Origin: an uncultured Kiritimatiellota bacterium
GTDB lineage: Bacteria > Verrucomicrobiota > Kiritimatiellia > RFP12 > DVOR01
Length of the DNA: 64,000 nucleotides
Reading direction: 5' to 3'
Assembly: GCA_944391055.1 (NCBI GenBank)
Contig: CALXSF010000001.1
Location: 136,012-200,011, forward strand
This document shows positions 1 through 8,450 of this stretch, one piece after another. Below the pieces are notes generated by a model that had not been told where the DNA came from, made no database searches, and saw only the letters and a list, made by a program, of their open reading frames with translations. The translations under genes were made by a program, and so were the position numbers. The first letter of the stretch is position 1; each line of letters opens with the position of its first letter.

Positions 1-961
1 TCTTGCCGTCGGCGCGCTTGACCCAGACGCCGCGCTTCTCGCCCTCGTCGAAGGCGGCGTACCCGGCGTTGGGGTCGTTCTTGAGGGCGGGGTCGATCAT
101 CCAGACGCCCTTGAAGCCCAGCGCGTGGAGGTCGGCCATGTAGCCCTTGGGGTCGGGGTGGCCCTTGGGGTCGAAGGTGAGGGTGCGGTGGCCGCGCATG
201 TAGTCGATGTCCATCCACATGACGTCGCAGGGGATGCGCTCCTCGCGCATGCGCTTGGCCACGGCGAGGCACTCGGCGGCGTCCTTGTAGCCCCAGCGGC
301 TCTGCTGGTAGCCGAGGGCCCAGAGGGGCGGCATCGGGGTCTTGCCGGTGAGCGCGGCGAGCTGGCGGAGGGCATCCTGCGGGGTGGGGGCCTCGAGGAT
401 GAGCACGGGGAAGGTGGGGCCCTCGAAGACGAAGCGGATGTGCGCCTCGCCCAGCTCGAGCGTGCCGCGGTAGGTGCTGTCGGCGATGACGCCGAAGGCC
501 GTGCCGTCGGGGCGGACGCCGAGCACCCAGGGGTGGGACTGGTAGAGGCGGCGCGGGTCGTAGGTGGCGTAGCCGTAGTTGTCGGTGTTGTAGAGGGTGA
601 TGGTGCGGCCGTTGCGGCGCAGGGGGCCGACGGCCTCGCCGGTGCCGTAGAGGTCGGTGCCCTTGGGCACGTCGATGGTGGCGGAGGGGCGCGCGCCGTC
701 GTCGCCGAAGCGGACCTTGAGGCCCTTCCAGCCGGACGGGAGACCCTCGGCTTGCGCCTTGGGCGGGGCCTCCCACAGCGGGCTGGGCGTCCAATCGGCC
801 AGGGAGAGCTGGGCGGGCAGGAAGAGCGCCTGCGTGGGGCCGACCGTCAGGGTGGCGCCGGCGTGGTGGACGATGGCCTCGTCCGTCACGTCCGCGGCGG
901 GGAGGGACGCGCTGGCCAACAGTGTGGCCGCCAACAGGAAACGATGAAGTTTCGCTTTCAT
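1..961 (-). CDS. Glycoside hydrolase family 31 (alpha-glucosidase/xylosidase-like), secreted; 3' end runs off the window
   Basis: Manual translation from ATG at 961 (MKAKLHRFLLAATLLA, signal peptide) gives HPWVLGVRPDG, MPPLWALGYQQSRWGY, RIPCDVMWMDIDYM, FTFDPKGHPDP and WMIDP, all typical GH31 motifs. It is absent from the ORF track because no stop codon lies in the window. Confidence 0.88.
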   Translation of the reverse strand, partial: MKAKLHRFLLAATLLASASLPAADVTDEAIVHHAGATLTVGPTQALFLPAQLSLADWTPSPLWEAPPKAQAEGLPSGWKGLKVRFGDDGARPSATIDVPKGTDLYGTGEAVGPLRRNGRTITLYNTDNYGYATYDPRRLYQSHPWVLGVRPDGTAFGVIADSTYRGTLELGEAHIRFVFEGPTFPVLILEAPTPQDALRQLAALTGKTPMPPLWALGYQQSRWGYKDAAECLAVAKRMREERIPCDVMWMDIDYMRGHRTLTFDPKGHPDPKGYMADLHALGFKGVWMIDPALKNDPNAGYAAFDEGEKRGVWVKRADGK

Positions 962-978
962 GTCCTCATCGTACGACA
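962..978 (-). promoter_or_regulatory. Putative -10 element (TACGAT) 6 nt upstream of the GH31 ATG; possibly leaderless
   Basis: Minus strand reads TGTCG-TACGAT-GAGGAC-ATG. Confidence 0.4.
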
Positions 979-1040
979 CGCACGCGCCCCCGCCAAGCGT
1001 TTTGGCGGGGGCGCGCGCGGCTGCGTCCCGCGGTAGACAG

Positions 1041-1604
1041 TCAGCCCTCGGGGCCGATGGCCCGGATGACGCGGGCGGGATTGCCGGCGGCGACGACGTT
1101 GGGCGGGAGGCTTTTGGCGACGACGCTCCCGGCGCCGACGACGGTGTTCGCGCCGATGGTGACGCCGGGGAGGACGGTGACGTGGCCGCCGAGCCAGACG
1201 TTGTCCTCGATGACGATGGGCTCGGCGCGCTCGTTGTCGGTGAGCCGCTGGACGGGGTCGATGGGGTGGATGGCGGTGTAGAAGTGGCAGCCTGGGCCGA
1301 CCAGCACGTGCTCGCCGAGGGTGATGGGGGCGCAGTCGAGCATCACGCAGCCGTAGTTGAGGAAGGTGCGCGGGCCCAGGCGGATGTTCCGCCCGTAGTC
1401 GCAGTGGAAGGGCTGCTCCACCCAGGCGTCCTCGGCGACGGCGCCGAAGAGGTCGCGCAGGAGGCGCGCGCGGCGCTTGTCGTCGTTGGGGCGCAGGGCG
1501 TTGTAGTCGGCGCAGATGATCTGCGCGCGGAGGCGTTCGGGGGCGAGGGGCGCGGGGTTGTACCACTGGCCCCCGATCATCTTTTCGTAGGCGTCGGTGT
1601 CCAT
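1041..1604 (-). CDS. maa: Sugar O-acetyltransferase (maltose/galactoside O-acetyltransferase, hexapeptide-repeat family)
   Basis: PFHCDYGRNI, VLVGPGCHFYTAIHP, IEDNVWLGGHVTVLPGVTIGANTVVGAGSVV and AGNPARVIR. Confidence 0.88.
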   Translation of the reverse strand: MDTDAYEKMIGGQWYNPAPLAPERLRAQIICADYNALRPNDDKRRARLLRDLFGAVAEDAWVEQPFHCDYGRNIRLGPRTFLNYGCVMLDCAPITLGEHVLVGPGCHFYTAIHPIDPVQRLTDNERAEPIVIEDNVWLGGHVTVLPGVTIGANTVVGAGSVVAKSLPPNVVAAGNPARVIRAIGPEG

Positions 1605-1626
1605 GGTCGGGGGAACGGCTTCGCCG

Positions 1627-4188
1627 TCAGTCGGCGCGGAGGGGGTTGAGGTTTTCGCGGGGCTTGGCCTTGGGGTCGACGGCCTCGACCTTCGCCACCC
1701 GGCCGTCTTGGATGAGGATGCGGTGGAGGATGCGCTGGGAGGAGACGCCGAGGCGAAGTTCGAAGGGCGTGTCGGGGAGCACCCAGGTTTGGTCGTCGAG
1801 GGCGATCCTGAGGGCGTCCTCGTTCACGTCGAAGACGACCTCGCGGGTCTCGCCGGGGCGGAGGTGGACGCGGCGGAAGCCGCGGAGCATTTGGTCGAAC
1901 CAGCTCACGCGCGGGGTCTGCGCGTAGGCCACGTAGAGCTGCACCACCTCGTCGCCGGCGACCTTGCCGGTGTTGGTGACGGGGAGGCGGACGCGCCAGC
2001 CGGCGGGCCTTTCCACGGTCTCGGTCTCGCCGAAGAGCCCGGCCCAGAACCCCTCGGCGGGCCGCTCGACGCGCTCGACGATGGGCTCGGCGGTCGGCTT
2101 GCCGAGGCTGAAGGTGGTGTAGCTGAGGCCGTGGCCGAAGGGCCAGAGCGGGCCGTTGTAGTGGGTGCGGCCCTTGGCGTTGGGCTCCTCGTTGGAGCGC
2201 GGCTTGGCGGGGAAGTTGTAGGGGATCTGCCCGGCGCTGCGCAGCCAGGTGCCGTTGGTCTTGCCGCCGGGGTTGTAGGCGCCGAAGAGCGCCTCGGCCA
2301 CGGCCGTGCCGCCGTAGCCGCCGGGGAAGCCGGCCGCGAGGATGGCGGGGACGTACTTCTCCGCGAAGTTCACCGCCGGGGGGCGGCCGTGCAGGAGCAC
2401 GAGGACGACGGGTTTGCCGGTGGCGTGGACGGCGCGGAGCAGGTCGTCCTGCCTCCCGGGGAGGTTGAGGCTGTTGCGGGTGCGGCTTTCGCCGGAGGTC
2501 CGCCCCGTGTCGCCCAGCACCACGATGGCCACGTCGCTGGAGTGCGCGGCCCGGACGGCCTCGTCGATGCCGGCGCGCTCGGCGTCGCTGAGGGGCTCGG
2601 GGATGAGCTCGGTGTCGGGCCAGCCGGGGTTGACGGTGTCGCAGCCCTTGGCGTAGACCACCTCCACGCCGGTGCCCTCGAGCTGCCTGCGGATGCCGTC
2701 GAGCACCTTCACCTGCGGGAAGTCGCGCGGGCCGTAGTGGACGGGCATCCAGCCGGTGGTGTCGGCGTTGGGGCCGATGACCGCGACGCGCTTGAGCCGC
2801 TTGGCGTCGAGGGGGAGGAGCCCGCCCTCGTTCTTCAGCAGCACCAGGCACTCGCGCGAGGCCTGGAGGGCGATCTTCTGGAAGGCCTCGTTGCCGACCA
2901 CGCGGTCGGCGGCGGCGGGGCTGGCCACGTAGGGGTTGTCGAAGAGGCCGAGGAGGAACTTCACGCGCAGCACGTCGCGCACCGCCGCGTCCACGTCCGC
3001 CTCGCTCAGCGTGCCGTCTTCCATCGACTGGACGATCCACTTGGCGTGGTCGTCGGGCTGGGCGAAGTTGGTCCAGACGTTGAGCCCGGCCTTGATGCGG
3101 ATGGCGTGGGCCTCCTTGTTGTCCTTGGCGATGCGCATGGAGCCGGCCAGGCGTTCGACGGTGCCGCTGTCGGAGACCACGTAGCCCTTGAAGCCGAACT
3201 CGTCGCGCAGGCGGTGGCGGAGCAGCTCCGCGCTGGAGCCGACCGGCACGCCGTTGACGTCGTTGTAGGCGCACATCACGCCCAGCGGCCCGACCTCCGA
3301 GAAGACCCGCCGGAAGGGATAGAGGTGGATGGCCTCGAAGGTCTGCGCCGAGATGTGCGGGTCGGTGCGCGAATCCCAGCCGCGCGCGCCCTTGTTCTCG
3401 CCGTAGGCCACGAAATGCTTGGGGCTGGAGGCCACGCCGGCGTCCTGGATGCCCTGGGCGATGCGTTTGCCCATCTCGGCGACGAGGAAGGGATCCTCGG
3501 CGAGGGTGCCCTCCCAGCGGCCCCAGCGCTGGTCGCGCGCCACGTCGAGGATGGGGCCGTAGAGGTTGGTGTAGCCGACGGCCTTGGCCTCGCTGCCCAT
3601 CACGCGCCCGATCTCGTAGGCCAGGGCCGGATCCCACGTCATGCCCTGCGAATGGGGGCTGGGGAAGCTGGTGCCGTGGCGGACGCACGCGCCGCGGATG
3701 CCCTCGTTGGTCATGTCCGCCGGGATGCCCAGGCGCGTCTGCTCCACGAAGAAGCGCTGGAGGTTGTTGATGTAGCGCGCGTTCATCTCCGGGGTACGGT
3801 TGATGTCGCTGCGGCCGTTGGCGAAGGCGTCGGCGGCCTGGTCCACGTTGGCGATGCCGTCCTTCCACGCGCGTTTCAGCCACTTCTCCGTCGGGTGCTT
3901 GTCCCGGCAGGCGCTGGGATAGGCGTAGAGCGTCAGCAGCTGCATGGCCTTCTCCTCGCGCGTCATCCGGCCCAACAGGTCGTCGATACGCGCGTCCATG
4001 TCCGCCGAGGGGTCCTCGTAGACGTCCTTCTCACCGTTCTTGTTCAGGTCGATCCAGCCGTCCCGGTAGATCTCCGGGCGCTTCTCGAAGGGATAAGGGA
4101 AGGGGTTGGGCTCCGGGAAGCCCGCGCCGAGGGCCGGGCCGCCAAGCAAACACGTCGCCGCCAACACGGGCAGGAATTGTTTCGTCAT
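1627..4188 (-). CDS. Glycoside hydrolase family 3 (beta-xylosidase/beta-glucosidase-like), secreted, with C-terminal Fn3-like domain
   Basis: Signal peptide; DLNKNGEKDVYED, RLGIPAD, DVARDQRWGRWEG, KHFVAYG, nucleophile motif YVVSDSG, LVLLKNEG, PLWPFGHGLSYTTF and GDEVVQLY. Confidence 0.93.
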   Translation of the reverse strand: MTKQFLPVLAATCLLGGPALGAGFPEPNPFPYPFEKRPEIYRDGWIDLNKNGEKDVYEDPSADMDARIDDLLGRMTREEKAMQLLTLYAYPSACRDKHPTEKWLKRAWKDGIANVDQAADAFANGRSDINRTPEMNARYINNLQRFFVEQTRLGIPADMTNEGIRGACVRHGTSFPSPHSQGMTWDPALAYEIGRVMGSEAKAVGYTNLYGPILDVARDQRWGRWEGTLAEDPFLVAEMGKRIAQGIQDAGVASSPKHFVAYGENKGARGWDSRTDPHISAQTFEAIHLYPFRRVFSEVGPLGVMCAYNDVNGVPVGSSAELLRHRLRDEFGFKGYVVSDSGTVERLAGSMRIAKDNKEAHAIRIKAGLNVWTNFAQPDDHAKWIVQSMEDGTLSEADVDAAVRDVLRVKFLLGLFDNPYVASPAAADRVVGNEAFQKIALQASRECLVLLKNEGGLLPLDAKRLKRVAVIGPNADTTGWMPVHYGPRDFPQVKVLDGIRRQLEGTGVEVVYAKGCDTVNPGWPDTELIPEPLSDAERAGIDEAVRAAHSSDVAIVVLGDTGRTSGESRTRNSLNLPGRQDDLLRAVHATGKPVVLVLLHGRPPAVNFAEKYVPAILAAGFPGGYGGTAVAEALFGAYNPGGKTNGTWLRSAGQIPYNFPAKPRSNEEPNAKGRTHYNGPLWPFGHGLSYTTFSLGKPTAEPIVERVERPAEGFWAGLFGETETVERPAGWRVRLPVTNTGKVAGDEVVQLYVAYAQTPRVSWFDQMLRGFRRVHLRPGETREVVFDVNEDALRIALDDQTWVLPDTPFELRLGVSSQRILHRILIQDGRVAKVEAVDPKAKPRENLNPLRAD

Positions 4189-4309
4189 GTCCGATACTCC
4201 AAAAGAGGAAACGACTTTCGCTTTTTACGATAGCACAAACCAAGGGCCGCCGCCCGCCTGCGCGCACGGCCGCGCGGCCCTGCTGCGCACAAGCCTACGC
4301 AGGCGGCGC

Positions 4310-5605
4310 TCAGCGCAGCACCGGCGCGCGCAGCCTGCCGCGGCGGTAGGTGGCCACGGCCCGCCCGCGCAGCGTCCGCCCCAGCCACGGGGAGTTGCGC
4401 GACTTGCTGGCCAGCGCCTCCGGCGTCACCGTCCACTCCTCGTCCGGCGCCAGGATGGCCAGCTCGGCCGGCGCGCCAAGCTCCAAGGTCGGCGGCGGCA
4501 GCCCGAGCAGCCGGTTCGGCGCCGTCACCCACGCCGCGGCCCAGGCCAAGGGCGCCATGCCGCGGCGGCGCACCATCGTCTCCCACGTCACCCCCACCGC
4601 CGTCTCCAGGCCGATGACCCCGAAGGGCGCGGCCTTGAAGCCCTTGGCCTTGGTGGCCGGGGCGTGCGGGGCGTGGTCGGTGGCGAAGAGCGTCAGCGTG
4701 CCGTCGAGCACGCCCTGGCGGAGGGCCTCGACGTCGGCCCGCGTGCCGAGGGGTGGGTTCATCCGCCAATCGCCGTCGTTGCCGGGGATGTCCTCGGCGG
4801 CGAGCGCCAGGTGGTGGGGCGTGGCCTCGGCGGTGACCGGCAGGCCCTCGGCGCGCGCCGCGCGCACCAGCGCCACGCTCTCGGCGCAGGAAAGGTGTTG
4901 CAGGTGGAGCGCGCAGCCCGTGGCGCGGCAGAGGGCGATGTCCGCGCGCACGGCCTCCACCTCCGCCTCGGGCGGGAAGAGCGGCAGGCCGAACTCCCGC
5001 GCGGCGGGGCAGTCGCGCACGATGCCGCCTTGCTGGAGGCCCGGCAGCACGGCGTGGTCCATCACGGGGCGGCCCAGTTTCTTGGCGCGGAGCATCACCA
5101 CGCGCATGACCTCGGGGTCGGCGACCATCGCGCCGTCGTCCGAGAAGGCGACGGCCCCGGCCTCCTCCAACGCCTCGAGCGGGGCGCAGGCCTTGCCCGC
5201 GCGGCCGACAGTGGCGCAGGCGCAGGGGAAGACGGCCGCGGCGCCCTGGGCGTTGCGCGCGCGGCGCACCAGATCGGGCGTGTCGGTGGGCGGGTTGGTG
5301 TTGGGCATCGTCACCACGCGGGTGAAGCCGCCGTTGGCGGCCGCCGCGCAGCCCGAGACCAAATCCTCGGCCTCGGTCGCCCCCGGGTCGCGGAAATGGA
5401 CGTGGACGTCGCAGAGGCCGGGCGTCACCACCAGGCCGGGCCGGTCGATCACGGTCAGCCGCGCGGCGGGGGGCAGTTTCGCCGGCACGGGGGCGATGCG
5501 CCCCGAGGCGTCCACGAAGAGCGCCCCCCGCTCGTCGCGCCCGCACGAGGGGTCCAACAGGCGCGCGTCGGGGATGTAAACGGCTTTGGGTGTCTCGGTT
5601 TTCAT
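4310..5605 (-). CDS. pyrC: Dihydroorotase (type I, multifunctional-complex type)
   Basis: PGLCDVHVHFRDPG, AAANGGFTRVVTMPNTNP, AVAFSDDG, RMNPPL, TDHAPH, APFGVIGLETA and SKSRNSPW. Confidence 0.9.
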   Translation of the reverse strand: MKTETPKAVYIPDARLLDPSCGRDERGALFVDASGRIAPVPAKLPPAARLTVIDRPGLVVTPGLCDVHVHFRDPGATEAEDLVSGCAAAANGGFTRVVTMPNTNPPTDTPDLVRRARNAQGAAAVFPCACATVGRAGKACAPLEALEEAGAVAFSDDGAMVADPEVMRVVMLRAKKLGRPVMDHAVLPGLQQGGIVRDCPAAREFGLPLFPPEAEVEAVRADIALCRATGCALHLQHLSCAESVALVRAARAEGLPVTAEATPHHLALAAEDIPGNDGDWRMNPPLGTRADVEALRQGVLDGTLTLFATDHAPHAPATKAKGFKAAPFGVIGLETAVGVTWETMVRRRGMAPLAWAAAWVTAPNRLLGLPPPTLELGAPAELAILAPDEEWTVTPEALASKSRNSPWLGRTLRGRAVATYRRGRLRAPVLR

Positions 5606-5620
5606 ATGCCCATTGTAGCA
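5606..5620 (-). promoter_or_regulatory. Extended -10 promoter (TGC-TACAAT) 6 nt upstream of the pyrC ATG; predicted leaderless mRNA
   Basis: Minus strand reads TGTGC-TACAAT-GGGCAT-ATG, leaving no room for a Shine-Dalgarno sequence. Confidence 0.6.
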
Positions 5621-5716
5621 CACCGCCGCCCCTGCCGCACCGCCGTCGGCGCCGACGGGAGGAACCTTGGTCCGGGCCGGGAGCGGGGGAGGGCGGCGAG
5701 GCGCCGGCCAACGTGT

Positions 5717-5745
5717 TTGCGGGCCTCGTTTTTCGGATCGCGCCG
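5717..5745 (+). repeat. Dispersed intergenic repeat, copy 1
   Basis: TTGCGGGCCTCGTTTTTCGGATCGCGCCG matches the copies at 54076-54112 and 62706-62742. Confidence 0.8.
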
Positions 5746-5902
5746 TGTCCCGCCCCGAGACGCGGCGTGTCGCGCACCCTTTCGCGTTGCGTTGGGGCGC
5801 GGGAAAGCGGTATACTCACGTCATGTTGCGGGAAAAGCAGGTCGCGGGGGCGCAGGCCGAAGCCATGCCCGGCCTTCGGGAAGGGCGGGCGCGGAGGGCC
5901 CC

Positions 5903-7264
5903 ATGAACCGGACGGCGGAGCATTTGCGGCTGCTGCGGGAGGCCCCTGTGCGCGGGCTGATTCTGCGCCTGGCGGCGCCGACGGTCGCCAGCATGTTGGT
6001 CACCGCCTTTTACAACATCGTGGATGCGTGGTTCGTGGGCCTCTTGGACACGCAGAGCATGGCGGCGGTGGGCGTGGCGTTCCCCGCGATGGCGGTGATT
6101 CAGGCGGTCGGCTTCTTTTTCGGCCACGGCTCGGGCAACACCTTGGCGCGGATGCTTGGGGCGGGCGACCGCCACGGCGCGCGGCGCATGGCGGCGGTGG
6201 GCGTGGTCTGCTCCGCGGCGGCGGGCGGGCTTCTGGCGGGGCTGGGGCTGCTTTTCCTGCGGCCGCTGGCGCTGGCCATGGGGTCGACGCCGACGATTTT
6301 GCCGTACGCGGAGGCTTATCTCGCCGTGACGCTCTTGGGCGCCCCGGCGATGTGCGCCGCCCTGACGCTGAACAATCAGCTCCGCTTTCAGGGCAAGGCC
6401 GCGCTGGCGATGGCGGGCATCGTCTCGGGCGCCGTACTGAACTGTCTGCTGGATCCCCTTTTCATCTTCGTCTTCGGTTGGGGCGTGGCCGGCGCGGCCG
6501 CTGCCACGGCGGCCAGCCAGGCCGTCAGCCTCTGCGTGCTGTGGCGGATGAACCGCCGGCATGGCGTGGTGCCGGTGCGGCTGCGCGCCTTCGCGCCGAC
6601 GCGCGCGGCGTTGGGCGAGGTGGTGCGCGGGGGCGCGCCCTCCCTCTTCCGTCAGGGGCTGGGGTGCCTGGCCACGGCGGCGCTGAACCACGCCGCCGGG
6701 CCGTATGGCGACGCGGCCATCGCGGGCATGAGCATCGTCACGCGCATCGCGCTGTTCGTCGGCTCGGCGTTGGTCGGGTTCGGGCAGGGCTTCCAGCCTG
6801 TCTGCGCCTTTGCCTACGGGGCGCGTCAGTGGCGCCGGGTCTACGAGGGCTTTGTGTTCCTGGCGCGCTCGGGCGCGGTGTTTTTGGCGGCGGTGGCGGC
6901 GGTCTGCTGGGTGTGGGCGCCGGAGGTCGTGGGGCTTTTCCGGGGGGAGGATCCCGCGGTGCAGGCGGTGGGCGTGGCGGCGCTGCGCTGGCAGATGGCC
7001 ACGCTGGTGCTTTCGGCCTGGATCATCCCTTGCAACATGATGATGCAGGCCATCCGCAAGCCGGTGCGCGCCTCGCTGCTCGCCGCCTCGCGCCAGGGGC
7101 TCTTCTTCATCCCGGCCGTCGTGCTCCTGCCGCGCGTTTTCGGGCTGACGGGCGTCGAGGCCAGCCAGGCGGCGGCCGACGTCCTTGCCGCGCTGCTGAC
7201 CATCCCGCTGACGGCGCCGACCCTCCGCGCGCTGAGGCGCCGGGGCGCGGTTGTGCTACACTAA
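5903..7264 (+). CDS. MATE family efflux transporter
   Basis: About 12 hydrophobic segments; LAAPTVASMLVTAFYNIVDAWFVG, DPLFIFVFGWGVAGAAAAT and GFGQGFQPV; GGAGGG RBS before ATG 5903. Confidence 0.92.
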   Translation: MNRTAEHLRLLREAPVRGLILRLAAPTVASMLVTAFYNIVDAWFVGLLDTQSMAAVGVAFPAMAVIQAVGFFFGHGSGNTLARMLGAGDRHGARRMAAVGVVCSAAAGGLLAGLGLLFLRPLALAMGSTPTILPYAEAYLAVTLLGAPAMCAALTLNNQLRFQGKAALAMAGIVSGAVLNCLLDPLFIFVFGWGVAGAAAATAASQAVSLCVLWRMNRRHGVVPVRLRAFAPTRAALGEVVRGGAPSLFRQGLGCLATAALNHAAGPYGDAAIAGMSIVTRIALFVGSALVGFGQGFQPVCAFAYGARQWRRVYEGFVFLARSGAVFLAAVAAVCWVWAPEVVGLFRGEDPAVQAVGVAALRWQMATLVLSAWIIPCNMMMQAIRKPVRASLLAASRQGLFFIPAVVLLPRVFGLTGVEASQAAADVLAALLTIPLTAPTLRALRRRGAVVLH

Positions 7265-7271
7265 TCCCGCC

Positions 7272-8450
7272 ATGGAATACGATTTTGGGTTTTTCGACGT
7301 CCCGCTCCATCGCGAGCGGGGGGACAGCGTGAAGTGGACGCAGTTCGGGCCGGACGTGATCCCGCTCTGGATCGCGGACATGGATTTCCGGGCCTGCGAG
7401 GAGATCGTCTCGGCGCTGACGCGGCGCGCGCAGGAGGGGTGCTACGGCTACGCGCGCGACTCCCAGGCGGCCGTCCGGGCGATGATCGATTACCATCGCG
7501 CGCGGTATGGCTGGGAGATTGACCCGGAGTGGGTGGTGCCGCAGCCGGGGGTGGTCACGGCGCTCAACCTGTTCTGCCGGCTGTTGCGCGAGACGCGCCC
7601 GGGGCGTTCGGACGTCTTCATCAACGAGCCGGTCTACCATCACTTCATGTCCGCGGCCGTTTTGCAGGGCATCCGCGAGCGGCGCGTGGCGCTGCGGCCC
7701 TTCGGCGAGCCGTTGCCGGAGGCGCTGCCCGGCGCGGCGGGCGCGGGGGGATGGATGCTGTGCAACCCGCAGAACCCGCTGGGCCATCTGTGGCGGGAGG
7801 GCGAACTGCGGCGGATCCTCGACTTCGCGGCGGCGAACGACCTGCTGGTGGCCTCCGACGAGATCCACGGGGGGCTGGCGCTCGACGCGCCGTACGCTTA
7901 TCTGCCGCTGCTGGCGTTGGCGCGGGACGACGCGGAGCGCCGCCGCCTGATGGCCTTCGTGGCGCCGAGCAAGACGTGGAACGTGCCGGGGCTGGGGTGC
8001 GCCTTCGCCATCGTGCCGGACCCGGCGCTCCGCGCCCACTTCACGCGCGACTACGACAACCTCATCCCCGGCATTAACCTCTTCGGGTGGGTGGGGGCCG
8101 AGGCGGCCTATCGCTTCGGCGAGCCGTGGCGGCTGGGGATGCTGGCCTACCTCCGCCGCAACCGGGCGTTGCTGGAGGAGGCCGCCGCGGCGTGGGGGCT
8201 GCCGCTGTGCAGGCTGGAGGCGACGTATCTGGGCTTTCTGGACTGCACGTCGCTGGCGGCGCGGCTGGGGGGTGAGAGCCCGCGCGACTTCTTCCTGCGC
8301 GCGGCCAAGGTGGCCTTGCACGACGGCGCCATCTTCGGCGCGCCGGGGTGGGTGCGCGTGAACCTCGCCACCCAGACCGCCACGCTCCGCGCCGCCATCG
8401 AGCGCATGGGCAACGCGCTGGCCGCGCTGCGGGCGGGGGGCGCGCGATGA
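7272..8450 (+). CDS. patB: PLP-dependent MalY/PatB-family C-S lyase (cystathionine beta-lyase / cysteine desulfhydrase)
   Basis: VKW, IPLWIADMDF, LCNPQNPLG, SDEIHG, PLP lysine in APSKTWNVPGL, and EATYLGFLD. Confidence 0.85.
   Translation: MEYDFGFFDVPLHRERGDSVKWTQFGPDVIPLWIADMDFRACEEIVSALTRRAQEGCYGYARDSQAAVRAMIDYHRARYGWEIDPEWVVPQPGVVTALNLFCRLLRETRPGRSDVFINEPVYHHFMSAAVLQGIRERRVALRPFGEPLPEALPGAAGAGGWMLCNPQNPLGHLWREGELRRILDFAAANDLLVASDEIHGGLALDAPYAYLPLLALARDDAERRRLMAFVAPSKTWNVPGLGCAFAIVPDPALRAHFTRDYDNLIPGINLFGWVGAEAAYRFGEPWRLGMLAYLRRNRALLEEAAAAWGLPLCRLEATYLGFLDCTSLAARLGGESPRDFFLRAAKVALHDGAIFGAPGWVRVNLATQTATLRAAIERMGNALAALRAGGAR

Noticed and set aside
4106-7264. Apparent 1052-aa MATE fusion
   Set aside because: The N-terminal 599 codons are antisense to pyrC; the real start with RBS is 5903.
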